A model generated the notes under the pieces. That model had not been told where the DNA came from and made no database searches. It saw only the letters and a program-made list of their open reading frames with translations. 64,000 nucleotides of DNA, from assembly GCF_009914755.1 (NCBI RefSeq), contig NC_060936.1; one strand, given 5' to 3'. How positions within the stretch are numbered: position 1 is the stretch's first letter; each line of letters starts with the position of its first letter. Of this stretch, positions 1 to 17,800 are shown one piece after another. The stretch comes from the human T2T-CHM13v2.0 reference genome, Homo sapiens. The position numbers were made by a program, and so were the translations under genes.

Positions 1-1119
1 CATGTGGATACTAAAATCTATTCCACACTTTAAGCTCTTGCTGTTTTGGTAGGTATGTGGTGATAGTGCAGCCAAATGCTACCAGAGGCTACAGAACAGG
101 TTCTGAAGACAAGGAGGCCAATGAAATGGAAAAAAAGCTTCATGGTCCTTTAAATCTGGATGAAATAATAGTACTACCCAAACTCAAAGGTTCTCACATA
201 GAGGGAAAACAAGAAGCATCCTTGATGTCTGAAAGGGTCTCAGTGATTCAGAAATCTCCATTTCTAGGAAATAGCAACTATGTCACACAGCTGAATGTTA
301 AAGGAGGCTGCAGATGTTTAATATTAAAGAGGTCCGGAACTTATTCTTGTTTTTGCTTTTTTTTTTTAATTAGCTGTATTTTATTTTTCTGGATTGTGGG
401 GATTAGATGCTCATTATGAAAAGCTGATTTTTAAAAAAACCAATCCCTCTACTTTGACTAGAGGCTAGGAATTATGTCTTAATGGTAGCTATCTCCCAGG
501 AGTAGAAGCATAATAAAGATGCAATTTATTAAATAGTGTTTCCCTTTCATTTACTCTCAGATACTCACTAGTCATTGCTGAGAAGCATATTCAGCCAGTG
601 AGAATGGTTCTATACCACTTATTTGTCTGACTTGTTTCCCAAGGGAATGGATGAGGACCACCCAAAGATCCAGCAGTCCTCACCCTTGTGCAGAATTGAA
701 CCAAGCAGCTTGTCTTTCATCAGGTTTTGCATATTGGATCACAGTGACTTCTATTGCCTATTGAACTTTTTCAGATTGTTGCAACATTCCTTCGAGATTT
801 GGTACCAGGAGCAATTAAGCCAGTATATTCCAAAGGTGACGCCAGAATTTACCTGATACAAATACTTGGCTCATCTGTGCTAAGACTGATTGAGAAAATG
901 TACTGAAATGTTCCAGATGCTGGCATATATTTAACCTGGCACAAGGCCTCAGACCCTGAGAGCCCTGCCCCATGGTACCACAGGGCACACAACTTTCCCA
1001 CAAAGTTCATCTGTGGCTGTCATGGATAAAATAATGGTTTGGCTTTGCTTTAGTGCCTCTGGCCCCTTTCAGGCAATCAAAAATATTTATTGACCCCTAA
1101 CTAAATGGAAGGCACAGTG

Positions 1120-1700
1120 GGACTCAATTCTCACAATTTCTGCCTCTAATTGGGGAATTAAGACACACAGACATTTAAGGAAGGGAAAGAATAGGCTAAG
1201 TGTTAAATAGGAATAAAAGAAGATGATAATATGAAATGACATAAGGCAGTTCATGTTTACTTGCCAAAGGACTGATGTAACTACAGTGGGCTTGGTGGAG
1301 AGAGACACACCTGGCATCCCAGAGTAGCGTGGGCAGGCATCAGGGATGAAGTCAGATTTGGTGTGAGCATCGGATAGGTCAGTGATTCTCAACCCACCCT
1401 GGACATAAGGGCCATCTGGAAAGATTTCAAAAAATGCCAAATAGGATGCCACCAGCCGGGCACAGAAGAGGAGTGGGAATGTCTGAAGAAGGACATAAAG
1501 GTTTCAGCAAACAAGCTTTGGTCTGCCAACCAAAGCTTGTTTGGTTGTAGGAGAAAGTTGGTGTGAGAGAAAAAAAGAGAGAAGGCAGAAAAGTCAGGTT
1601 GCATCTGACTCTTAAATGGTCTTGCATACCAGGCCAAGGAATTTGGAAACGTATTTGACAATCTTTCTTCTGTTGAGGACAATGGAGTAAATTTAGCCAC
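1120..1700 (+). mobile_element. Degraded L2 LINE fragment(s)
   Basis: Purine-rich degenerate L2-like motifs (e.g. 'aggccaaggaatttggaaac'); boundaries approximate. Confidence 0.4.
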
Positions 1701-2435
1701 AACGCCTGACTTTTTCAGCTGGAGAAATATTTGCTTTCCTCCGTATCATGTATTTCCTCACTTCCCACTCTGGCCCCCTGCTTAGAAACTTCGGTTTAAC
1801 AGGAAATAAGTGTAGACACATGCTAATACTTCACCAGTTCCTCATTCTCTCAAATACAGGATCCTGGCTGATACTATGGGAATGTGATTCAGAAAGTACA
1901 AGTACTATGTAGAATTCCCCTGAGTAGTAGCCAGGAGGGGTCACCAAGAGGCAGCAAATTTAGTCTCTCCAACAAGGTAAAGCAGGCCACCCTGGGTTCT
2001 CATCCCATTTACAAGGACAAAGGGAGTCGGCACTATCACCTCCAGAATTACGGATGCTTTCACTACAGTTTCCATTTACTTGCTACTATGGTTTGTTCTC
2101 GTTTCTCTGATTTTTTTTTCTCTTTTTCCCTTTTTTGAAGAATGGACCTGGGTAAAGTTATGATCATATTATGGCTAATATTGGGCTGAAACAGACTGGA
2201 TGGATGGATGGATAGATAGACAGATGATACATAGGGATAGATTATTTGTGAAGAGGACTGCCTAACTAAAAGGAAATATTTCAGCTTACAGCTGGCACTT
2301 TATAAGACTCTTTGCAGATAAAATTCTGTTAGACCTTTAAAGAAAATAAATTTCACACTACTGTCCTAATGCAGGAACTTGAACACAGCACATTAACTGT
2401 AAGTCTTTGCTTATTCATATGGTGAGACTTATTTA

Positions 2436-2570
2436 GGCCAGGCACGGTGGCTCACACCTGTGGTCCCAGCATTTTGGGAGGCCAGGACAGGAGGATTACT
2501 TGGGTCCAGAAGCTCAAGCCCAGCCTAGTCAACAGACCGAGATCCCCATCCCTACGAAATATGTTTTAAA
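2436..2570 (+). mobile_element. FLAM / Alu left monomer
   Basis: ggccaggcacggtggctcacacctg...ggaggattacttg...; a single monomer followed by a short A-rich end. Confidence 0.85.
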
Positions 2571-3129
2571 AACTTATATAAAATAGTATTTCAAGTCAGT
2601 TTGTGTATTAGTATTAAAAGAAGTGTGTTGCTTTGCAGCTGACTAGAAGCTCAGCATTTCCTAGCTGGGCAAGAGCTTTGAGCATGATTGCAGCATCTCT
2701 GCAGAAAAACTACATTCTAAAAGCAACGGAAATCCTCCTGCTGCCCTTCTTCCTCTGAACTGAAGTTTAAAGACCATGGGCACTGCTGGTGACCTCCACA
2801 GAGTGTTTCAGTTCCTACCCTCTACTCCCACTCAGCATCACTGAACAGACACAGGCTAGACAGGGCAGTCTGCAGCCCAGACTGTGGTGAGGTGGGAACT
2901 GCAGTCCTACTACTTGGTCCATTGAAAGAGGAGGCCAAGAGGCAGAAAATGTTCCCTCTTAATTTTACCGTGTAACCTTTCTTAAGGTGTGGCATGCAAC
3001 TATGTAATGATCACAATTGTTATATTGTTTATACATCATTTATATTTCTATCATCAGATTTTACTCAAAGGTTTACTGTGGTTGGCTTCACAAGAAGTGT
3101 AATTCTGCGTTATTCAGGTATCAGGAAGT

Positions 3130-3590
3130 GTTTATTAAAACTCTGGTCTTGAGCTGAGTGCCAGAGAGAAAAAAAAAATGCCCACCTGTTGGCCAGTCTA
3201 GCTCTGGAGACAAAATTATAAAATATGAGCTAATTAGAGAGTAAATGAATGCTAAAGTGAGAGATGTTTACAACAGCTGCAGGACACATTCTGAAAAGGA
3301 AATCATTGTGTGCACTGGAGTGTTTATCTGAAACCTAGAATTGGACTAATGAGTAGGATTTTATTTCTTAGTAGTGCGGGGAAAATGAGCAAAATCATGG
3401 GAGAATGTTCCAATGGCAAAATGCAACCTCGGTGTGGCAAAATAGAAGCTAATGTGAGGAAACCAACCTGCTTTAGGTGGTTTAGTCTGATGAAGACACA
3501 CAGACTACTCAAAAGGGAGAACGAGGCAAGTCAGAAGACAGGCTCAGAGGCTATTGCAGAAATTCAGGCAGGAGGTAATTCAGACCTGAA
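3130..3590 (+). mobile_element. L2 fragment
   Basis: L2-like motifs 'agtctagctctggagaca', 'aggctattgcagaaattcaggcaggagg'. Confidence 0.5.
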
Positions 3591-4208
3591 CTAATCTTAA
3601 AAAAAAAAAAAAGTACTACACAGGAAAAGCAATAAGAAGACCCACGGGGAATTTCACTGGAAGAGTCCAAGGGTCATATAATGTTTCCAGCTAAAGAGGA
3701 AGGTGAGAGATCATATACTTTAATGAGTAACAAAATGCTGTCCCCTGGCATCAGTGTTTTCAGCAGTTATTGCCTTTAGAGATGCTTTTGATTTTACAAG
3801 TGTATTCCTATGCTTAAAGTCTTCTCTCACTATCTTCTTTCTTACCTTAGATAAGATGCATCAGGTCAATCGTCAATGTATTGATTTTGAGGTTGGACTA
3901 TCTTGGGCTCCAAGTCTTCTAGAACTGAACCTGTTCAGCTCATAAAGTGGTGTCTTCCTTTAGGACAGATAGCATTTAATAGTTTTCAAAGGTCAGGTTG
4001 GGTCAGTAGTAGGAGTGGTGATTTCACTGCCTCTGACCCTGGGAAGAAGTTACTGCTGGCCCTTGAAATTCCAGTTCTGCTGGAGGAAAACTGGAAGATG
4101 GGTTTGCTAGGCTGGCTGTGTAGAAATGAATATTGTGGGCTTGCTTCCTTGCCACTAGTTTGTAAGAATATGTCAACTCTTTTCTGCTACAAAGAAGGAT
4201 GTCTGCTC

Positions 4209-4243
4209 TGTGTGTGTGTGTGTGTGTGTGTGTCTGTGTGTGT
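4209..4243 (+). repeat. (TG)n microsatellite
   Basis: Directly visible. Confidence 0.95.
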
Positions 4244-4438
4244 AAAAGAAAGAATAAAAGAATGCGTAAAAGAAAGAATAGTGAACTAAAAAGCAGATGA
4301 GCTGATTTTAATTTCAGCCCTGCCTCACAATACTCATTTACATACACTAATTTTGTGACTTTGGCAATTCATTTAATTTCTTATGGTTTCTTATGCTTTT
4401 CTTACTTCATCTCATCAGCATCATAACAATTGTTATTA

Positions 4439-4730
4439 GGCAGGGTACAGTGACCCAGACCTGTAATTCTAGCACTTTGGGAAGCTGAGGCAGGAAGATT
4501 GCTTGAGCCCAGGAGTTCAAGACCAGCCTGGGCAATATAAGGAGACCTCTGTCTCTATAAAAATAAAAATAATCAACCGGGTGTGGTGGCGTGCACCTGT
4601 AGTCCCAGCTACTTGGAGGCTGAAAGTGGGAAGATCAATTGAGCCCCGGAGGTCAATGCTACAGAGCTAGGATCATGCCACTGCACTCCAGCCTGGGTGA
4701 CAGAGTGAGAACCTCTCTCAAAATAAATTA
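4439..4730 (+). mobile_element. AluJ
   Basis: Dimeric Alu with J-type 'gattgcttgagcccaggagttcaagaccagcctgggcaa'. Confidence 0.9.
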
Positions 4731-5193
4731 ATTAAATATTTATTAGTTAATTAGTTAAATTAATTCTGTTTTAGAAAAAAAGCAATTATTATCACAAGCT
4801 AGACAGTTTATCAGTGTTTACTCTAAGATACTCTAATCAAGGTAACAGAAACTCAAAAATACTATCCAAAGTCGGGACCTTGCAAGTGTCTATTTCAAGA
4901 CTGATTTCCAAGCCCAGGTTCTTTGTGCCACCTCACACCAGAGGTGCATGTCGTCAGGAAGAGCTATGCCATAAGTGGCCAGCCATGTCTTCAGTTGCTA
5001 GTGGTTTGGCCTTATTGTATGTAAAAATATATTTATGTATATAAAAACAGTAGAGATTCTGGCAATAAGAATAGATGAATATTCCGCAGTGACTTAGGCT
5101 TTCTGTTACATATTCATTGTGATGCCAGTTGGCAGAGGACTAAGCTGGCCATTCCAAATATGATTTCTTTTTTATCTCTTGTAAAACTGTATT

Positions 5194-5860
<667 letters not shown>

Positions 5861-6234
5861 TCAAAAAGACAGATAAGCTCCTCCTAGCCTCTTTCTAAGA
5901 CTTTAAAGAGTGCTTTACATTTATGAAATGCATATACATTATTATATTTGACCGATCATAATGTTGTCACATAAGTCTATCCTAGCAAGTTAAGTATATC
6001 AACAAGTTTAGAAAACTATATTCAGAAAAATTCAGTGCATGTCTAGTAACTGGTTGGCTCAGGGTCAGAATGCAGGTTTTTCTGCTCCTATTGCAGTAGT
6101 TGTGCCATCATAAGCGAGCAACTGACCCTTTAAGTTACTGAGCTGCAATGGTGACTTACGAGAGAATCAACTCCCTGTAACTTCATAGCTGTAGAAAAAT
6201 CATAGCTGCAGAAAAAATAGATTGAAAAAGATGG

Positions 6235-6557
6235 TGCTATGTGAGTGGCATCATGTTCTACCAAAATTCATATGGTGAAGTCTTAATCCCAGTAGCTCAG
6301 AATGTGACTTTATTTGGAAATAACTGTTGTCACAGATATAATTACTTAAGCCGAGGTCATCCCAAAGCAGAGTGGACTCCTAATCTAGTATGACTGGTAT
6401 TCTTATGAAAAGGGAAAATTTGGACACAGAGACACACACACACACAGGGAGAAAACCATGTGAATAACGAAGTTTTGCTGTCATGAGCCAACAAAATACC
6501 AGAAGCTAGGAGAGAGAGGCCTGGAACAGATCCTTCCCTAGTGCCTTCAGAGGGATC
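6235..6557 (+). mobile_element. MLT1 (MaLR) LTR, 3'-truncated
   Basis: 'aaattcatatggtgaagtcttaatcccagtagctcagaatgtgactttatttggaaata...cagaagctagg...gcctggaacagatccttccctag' matches MLT1B/C-type consensus. Confidence 0.8.
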
Positions 6558-6604
6558 AGCCTGGGTGACAGAGCAAGACTCTGTCTCAAAATAAATAAAT
6601 AAAA
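6558..6604 (+). mobile_element. Alu 3' terminal fragment
   Basis: cagcctgggtgacagagcaagactctgtctc followed by (aaat)n tail. Confidence 0.85.
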
Positions 6605-6819
6605 GACAAATTCTCAAAGTACGTTCAGAAATATTTTATCCTATTTTTTGAGAACAAATACCTATTCATCAAGCTACTACCAATAAAATTATATGAATCT
6701 AATCCTGAGACAACTTAAAGCAAATACTTAAAAATCTGGCTTCCACTTCTACCTCTGCCTTAAAATTAAAATGAATATGTTCTTTTAGAAAAAAATAATT
6801 GCTGAATCTAGTGACCCAT

Positions 6820-7730
6820 TTTAGGTCTTTATTCTTGCTGACCATTCTATTCCATTTACCCCTAACCACTAACTGTCCTTGGTAGTTCCACTCCATGATT
6901 GTGACCTCCATCCTTGGTTTCACTTTTACTGCTCTAACTGCTCTTCTCTGTCCTGTTTTAAATCTTCTATACTTACAATAACTCAGAATGCTATCTTTTA
7001 TCTCCTTTTCTTATGTCTTCTTTTCCTATCATTTGGCATAATTACTCATAATTTATATTCTATTCCATATATAGATGACCCCCAAATTTGTGTCCAGCTT
7101 TGAATTCTTGCCAGGTCCCCAGACCTGAGTTTCCACCATCTCCTGAAATTGCCCTCCTACATTCCCAGCCAATACTGCAAACTTGAGATATCCAAATGAT
7201 ATTCATCCTTTTCCCCCATAAAACGGCATTACCAAGTTTTATTACCTAAACTTCTTTTTAACTACTTCTTCTTTCTCCATAATTATAACCAGTTGCTATA
7301 GTCTCATGGTTAGCAGAATCGTTTTTGCAGGAGCCAAACTTGGGTTTGAATTATCCTGCTATTAATAGCTGAATGCCCTTGGGCATGTTTCTTAACATCA
7401 AACAAGATAACGTGTAAAATACTTAGCTGAGTAACTTGCACAAAATAAGGGCTAAATAATTATTATCATTTTTCCTTTGTAGTGTCATTCATCCCTTCTT
7501 CATTCCACTAAGTCACAGGATAGGTTTTGTTGTCTCTTATCTAAAAATTACAATAGCATAATAATTGGTCTTTCCTTCTTCAAACTTCCTTCCCATATAT
7601 AGTGTGTAGTCCATCAAATTTATCCCTACAGAATATCTCTGCCTTGTAAGTCTCCTATTCAGAAGCATTTGGCGTCTCACCATTTCCTCCTTCAAAGTGA
7701 CAAAGTTCAGCTCCCTTAGCATGTGTTTTA
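6820..7730 (-). mobile_element. L2 fragments (minus) interrupted by a MIR (~7300-7470)
   Basis: 'atagatgacccccaaatttgtgtccagc' (L2); 'acttgggtttgaatt...ccttgggcatgtttcttaac' (MIR). Confidence 0.6.
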
Positions 7731-7923
7731 TTGTAGCAACAAGCAGAAGATGAGTAGGACTCTAATAATAGCCCTTACTGGAATAAAATTACTATGGGTA
7801 AAACCTACACAAATTCACTGCAGAGGCCATAGAACATTAATAGAAATACAAAATGAGGGCACATATGAGCACTGAATCATAAAGGCCCCTGCCATATATG
7901 AGTACAATAAAATTAAGTCTATC

Positions 7924-8312
<389 letters not shown>

Positions 8313-8859
8313 CTAAACCATCTCCATCCTTCATGCTTTGACCTCCTTTAAGTAAACTTCCCTTTAAATGAATTTACCCAGCTCCACTCAACCCCAAGAT
8401 GGCAAACTTTGTGGCAGTTAATGGAAGGAGTCTGATTAGAACCAATAATTTGTATAAGAAAACACCAGAGAGCTTTGGATTAATAATAAATATAATCTGA
8501 AGTTCCACTCCAGAGTTACCCCAAATCCACACCTCAAAGTTTCTTATTTTGCCTTCAGAAATGCCATCACATTTGAGCACACTTGCAAATTTAAGCACAT
8601 TTCGTCATCCAAGTCATCAATTTTCATTTAATTTGTCAACCTGTCTTTCAAGAAGCTTTTAGCTTGGATGCGTTATTCCAATAATACTGAAAGAATATTG
8701 CTCTTCTGATTTGCTTAGTGATTTTATGCATGGTATTTGAGAATACCACTTGCTGATTAAATGTTGATGCAATATTTTTCCTAACCAGACTTCAGGCATA
8801 TAAAGTAGGCCTTACTAGGAGCACATTACACACTCTAAATGAAGAGAAAAAAATTATTC

Positions 8860-9720
<861 letters not shown>

Positions 9721-11519
9721 ATTAACAAAAATAGATACATACTTCTGAGCTAAATATGAAGACCATAGTACATAAAGCTTTATTAAATTTAAAAAACAAG
9801 AAACCTCATGCTTTTGTCTTGTATGTCCAACAAAGAGGTAGAAACAAAGAAAGGGAAAGAAAAATAAAAGATGTAGAAATGTTTGTAAGAAGATGAGTGA
9901 ATGAGCTTAAGCTGTATATTGATGTTATGTTTGGTCTGTTGTTTTGGTTAAGCTCCCGTAGTCACAGGCATCTTTCATTTGTACATTATTTTTGACATGG
10001 AAACTGATCAAATAATTAAGAAACGTATCTGTTAAATAAAGAAAAATCCCACTTTCTTGGAAACAGTAATTTAGATGTTAGGAAAAAATCAAATCTGTTA
10101 TCAATATGCACTTTTAGGTAAATTCAGTGTCTTTGAGGATGTCTGTAATAGCTTCATATTAACAAAATCTTAACTTTGAGGTAATTATCATTAAATATTT
10201 TAGAATCCAAACCACAGATTCTATGTTGGTTCCACTGTCACCAAGGCCTATCTTAGACACACTGTGGTTATAGTTTATAAATAAAATTAATATATCAATA
10301 TATAAACAAAAATAGTCATTAAATGGAATGAATATGTGATATGCACAAATTATTTTTAAAAGAGTATAAGAACGATTTCCCTTACTCTCATTGAGTTTGA
10401 GGTCCAAGGAGAGCTTTAAATATATAACCATGGCCCTATGAATCCTTCTCCTCCTAGGGTTCACCCTTCTGCATCCTCATGGTCAACATAACTCTACCTC
10501 AGCTCTCTGGGCTGAGTTAGGGCACCCCAAATTGTGCCACAGGCTGAAGTAAACTTATATCCCTAACTGAATCCCTTGCCCTTCTGATTAAGCAAGATAT
10601 TACCCAGATCTTCAGCTGGTCTCTGAAACCTCATGGGACTGTGACAATTTCCAGAGTGTTAGGAACTACCTTAAATTAATTAATCTAGAAACAGTTCTCA
10701 TCTGACACTATCTACCTCCAGGCTCCTCCATGGTAATTTTCTTCAGGGAAGCCTTTTTAGAAAGCCCTGTCCTTCAGCAGTCTTATTTACAACGTCCCAC
10801 CCAATGACTGCTCTATTTCACTGGTATCTTCAATGATACTGCCCAATACTGTTATGTTTTTATGTTACCAGGAATTTCCTCCCCTTTGGTTGTTGCCCTT
10901 TAGGGCTTTGGTCACACACAGTTCATGGAGTTGATGGGGATTGGGGATCTTGGGTTCATTGACTCTGGGAATCTCTTATTGCTCTCATGTGTACAGCAGA
11001 TGCTGCAATGAGATAAGGATCTATGTCATTTTAAGCCTGATTCAGAAAGGGAAACTTCTACAAAATTTTACATGTGAGCGCCCACTGATTATAAAACCTT
11101 TCAAATCTCCTAACCCCATCAACTGCACTTTATGCCTTCACATCATAACAACCTGCAGCTAATAAGAAACAGCTGAAAAAAAAGGCTGCTGTTAGCCTTT
11201 TCAGGGGTTTTATTTTTCTTTCTGACAGCCCAGAACATATAGCATTTTGAGTTAATTTCAGGCATTTCAATATTTTAGACTTCCAAAAATATACCAAAAT
11301 ATAAGTCCAGCATTTTGCTTCCATAATGTCAAATTATTAAACTTTTCATATCACGTAGGAGAAACTAGATTTTATCAAAAGAGCTACAAAGCACTTTGGT
11401 GTACAATGGTAGATGTGTGCTCAGATATTCACAGTACTTTGCCAAAGAAACTAAACGAATAACAATAATGCAACACCAGAGCTATCCGTCATAAGGTAAG
11501 GCTCTCTAATTGCTGGCAT

Positions 11520-13707
<2,188 letters not shown>

Positions 13708-15172
13708 ACGTTAGAATTCTATACCCCAGATAGGTACTATTATTACCTACCTCACAGGATTTATTTATATGAGGATCAAACAGCCTGGCCCATAGTAAAC
13801 ACTAAAGTAATGTTCAATACGTAAAATAAAAATTACTCTGCTGCTGGGATTGTAAATTGCTATAATCTCTCTTGGGGAAAAGAATACCTGAAGCAAGTGG
13901 AACAATATCATAACATAACATAGGTGGTATTTATTTTCCTCATACTTTTACATAAACAGGAACTTTCAATATTGTTAAAGCAGGACAGGTCTGATAGAGG
14001 ACACACTCCATGAGAACAGGGACTTTGTTTAGTTCACTGCTGTACATCAGCACCTAGATGAGTACCTAGGGAATCTGCATCATGGATATGAGAAAACCTT
14101 CTGATAATAATTTATAGTAAATGTGTTTTAACTCTGAGTAGACAAGAAAAAAAAAAGAGAAGGAACCATTGAAATTTAGATATATTTAAATGTTTAAAAA
14201 CTGAAACTGGCTTTGTTACATACATATAAGTCATTCTGCCAATGCCCATATCTGTGATGCTGACAGCAGCTCTTTCATTTCCAGAAGACCCCCAAAGGAG
14301 GAAAGTGATATCATCGTTTTCCTTTATCCTAAAAGCTATGTTTTTTTAAGAACTCAAATAAAGAAAACTTTTCTTTTCCTTTTTGAGGATGAAAAATTGA
14401 ATGAAAAAGAGAAACATTCAAGCCAGATTTAGAAACCCAGAATCTGAAGTGTTTTGGAGCCAATCTTTTATTATTGTGCTTAAAATCAATTATTTTATTT
14501 TGTATTTGATTACCCATTACAAATCAAGGAATTTTAGAGCTAGTGGGGTACTTAGATATTATGATCCCTGCACATTACAAATGATCCAGTTGAGTCCTGG
14601 CAGTAGTCACAGTACTAATTAGAAACAGAGCTGGCACTAGAACCCAGGGCTTTGCTTTGACGTTCAAGGTGAATTTTTAATGGACTCTGGCTGTGTCAAT
14701 TTTTCGTTAAGACCTCTTTCACTTCCTCCATGCAGACCCTTTCTTGGTTACATTTTCCCTGATGATGAATGTCAGATATAGATTTAGAGCATCACCCACT
14801 CAAAGCTCTTTCCCGGAGTACAGTGCAAGACTTAGTCTAGTTTCTTTCCATAAATCAAAAGGTATAGGGAATCCTATGGGTTAATGTCTTTGAGCATATA
14901 GGAAAGATTTTAATTTGTAGTAATCCTTAAGAGAGGTGGAATTTGTGCTCTTAAATGACTTGCTACGTTTCTCTATTAATTTAATGGATGAGTATGCAGA
15001 AATCTACAATTTGAGCTTTAAAATCAAGGCCTTTTTACTATTTATACTTCAAGAAAATATGGTGGTTACCTATTTAAAAAGTAACTGACAAAAAATTGTT
15101 TATGATATTTAGTGTAAATGCCCATTTTTTTCTCCATTCATCAACATTTTCTCTCATTGTTAGCAGTGTAAC

Positions 15173-15192
15173 ATCCCAGTCACACGGCACCA
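15173..15192 (-). promoter_or_regulatory. Retroviral primer-binding site, tRNA-His-like
   Basis: Minus strand reads TGGTGCCGTGTGACTGGGAT vs His PBS TGGTGCCGTGACTCGGAT; 5 nt downstream of the MER50 LTR end. Confidence 0.75.
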
Positions 15193-15197
15193 AAGTA

Positions 15198-15926
15198 TGT
15201 TACCAGTGGGAAATCCATACGATTCTGTAGCAACCTCAATTCTTGCCTCCTCAGAAGAAAGAATTTGACCAAGGGACAAAAGGCACAGTGAGAGTCCGAG
15301 GCAAGAGTGAACGTTTATTTAAAAAGCTTTAGAACAGGAATCAAAGGAAGTAAAGTACACTTGGAAGAGGGCCAAGCAGGCGACGTGAGAGATCAAGTGC
15401 ATGGTTTGACCTTCGACTTAGGGTTTTATATGTTGGCATACTTCTGGGGTCTTGTGTCCCTTCTCCCCGATTCTTCCCTTGGGACAGGCTGTCCTTATCC
15501 ACATTGGGCTGCCAGCGCTTGGGAGGGGCTACTGGCGCAGTGTGTTTACTGGAGTTGTGCGCATGCTCACTTGAGGCATGAAGTGAGCGTGCGTACAACT
15601 CCAATAACTGGTAACAACACTCCCTTACCAGGGGCGTATTCCTGTAAGGTCATATACCCGTAAAATCGGCCGCTTTACCTCTTAGTGCGCATGCTCAAGC
15701 CCACTTGCCCAACTCCAGAGATCTTATCTGGAAGCTAATCACCAGTTTCAGGTTTTTCTACTTATTGGGAGAACTGCCTTTCCCTGATGCCGACTAGGAC
15801 CAATTATTATTTTAGAGAAAGTGTAATAACCACCTGACCATCATCTGATGGTTGCCTGACATTCCTGGTCGGGGCGGGGAGCCTTTTCCCACCCTGCTCT
15901 TGCCTGACCAGCTACCTACTGTAACA
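15198..15926 (-). mobile_element. MER50-like ERV1 LTR
   Basis: Minus strand begins TGTTACAGTAGGTAGCTGGTCAGGCAAGAGCAGGG...CAGGAATGTCAGGCAACCATCAGATGATGGTCAGG and ends ...GGTAACA (TG...CA termini). Confidence 0.8.
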
Positions 15927-16279
15927 TAACCTCTTCCCTGTCTCCCAGTTAGGGTTTCTGCAATCTGACTGATATATTTGGAAAACTAAAGGATTGTTTT
16001 CAATTGGAAAATGCAAATATCATAACTATTAATTCCTTCTAGTACACACATATTCAGACTGAATGAAATTTAACTACTTTAAATACCCCATCTATTCGAT
16101 TTCTCTTTTGTCTTTCAAGTTTGTCAAATTATTTTAGACACTTTATTTCCTGCTAAATGGTCTATCTCAAAGCCAGTTTTCTCCCCCAATTTAATCCTGC
16201 AGCCAGGCATGATGCTATATACGTAAGAATGATATATCATTATTATTACCACCAATTTTAGAAAATGAGCTCGCTTTAG

Positions 16280-16666
<387 letters not shown>

Positions 16667-16831
16667 CAAATTTTCTTTTATGATCGACCACTCTTCACAT
16701 TCATCACTCACTGTTATAAGAAAATCGGTCTCTGAGCATTACATACTCTTCCAATCTATTTGAACTTGTCCGCATTGCCTTGTGTAGAGACTTACTAATG
16801 TTTCAATCATAGTGATATTTCATTGTTTTGA

Positions 16832-17280
16832 TTGTTAAAGAGAAATTATTCAAACACATTTTTTAAGTGTCAAGAAAGATTTTATTCAAGACTATTGCAA
16901 TAGGGGTCAAGACTATTGCACTAGGGGAGAGAGAGTGAATTCAACTCCAAATACAAATAGGGACAAGTGGGGATTTAGAGTAGGAGAGAAAATGGACAGT
17001 TACTATGAGGAACTTGCTTAAGGTATCAAGGAAGGGGGTAGGAGGAGAGGAATTCTCCTCACTCTTGATATCTAGAGTGATATTTTACCTGTTTCTTTTT
17101 CTTCATCTGGATTCTTCATGGGACACCTTGATATCACTCTAGATATCAAGAGTGAGGAGAATTCTCAATAAACTGGCTTAATAGGATTCTTTGCTAAAGC
17201 AGGGTTCAGGAGGTCAATGTCAAGGCTTAGTTCAGAAGAGGAGCCTGACTAAAGTTGGGTCAAAGAGGAAGTCTTTGTCT
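16832..17280 (-). mobile_element. MER31/MER67-group ERV1 LTR carrying an internal inverted-repeat insertion
   Basis: Minus strand begins (A)GACAAAGACTTCCTCTTTGACCCAACTTTAGTCAGGCTCCTC, resembling the MER31 5' end. Confidence 0.6.
17050..17164. repeat. Perfect 34-bp inverted repeat with 47-bp spacer
   Basis: 17050-17083 gaattctcctcactcttgatatctagagtgatat is the exact reverse complement of 17131-17164. Confidence 0.97.
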
Positions 17281-17529
17281 TTGTTAATCTTTCAAATTTG
17301 AATTCACCCACTAATAAGGACCAATTTAGAATGCTATATGTACTTTACAAGTTCTTTTCTAGACCTGGAAAATAAGCTCCATCATTACTCATAATGACAT
17401 TATAGGTAACTGACGCCAGCTGTCTTCATAAGAACAAAATTATCTAGCAGAATTGCACACACACTGACAATTTGGTCCAAATGAATTCTAGGAAATCTGA
17501 TTAAACTCAGAGGGTAATGAAAATATTTG

Positions 17530-17800
17530 TAGTATTTATATTGTGCTTAGTATTTGCCAGGTACTGTCCTGAATCATTTGCATGGTTTAATCTCTTAGTC
17601 CTCCCAACAGTCTATTGGGAGGTATTACTAACAGTCTGTAGGGAAGTACTATTACTAGCCCCATCCCAGGATTACAGACAGAGAAACTGAGACACATAGC
17701 AGTTTCAAAGCTTGTCTGAAGTTACTCAATTATAATATGTCAGGTTTGTGATTGGAACCTAGCACTATAACTTTTGAGATGATGTGTTTACTACAGTGCA
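17530..17800 (-). mobile_element. MIR
   Basis: 'tatttgccaggtactgtcct...acagagaaactgagacaca...' MIR core. Confidence 0.75.

Noticed and set aside
15173-15192. tRNA-His gene
   Set aside because: Only the 3' ~18 nt including CCA, next to an LTR; this is a PBS
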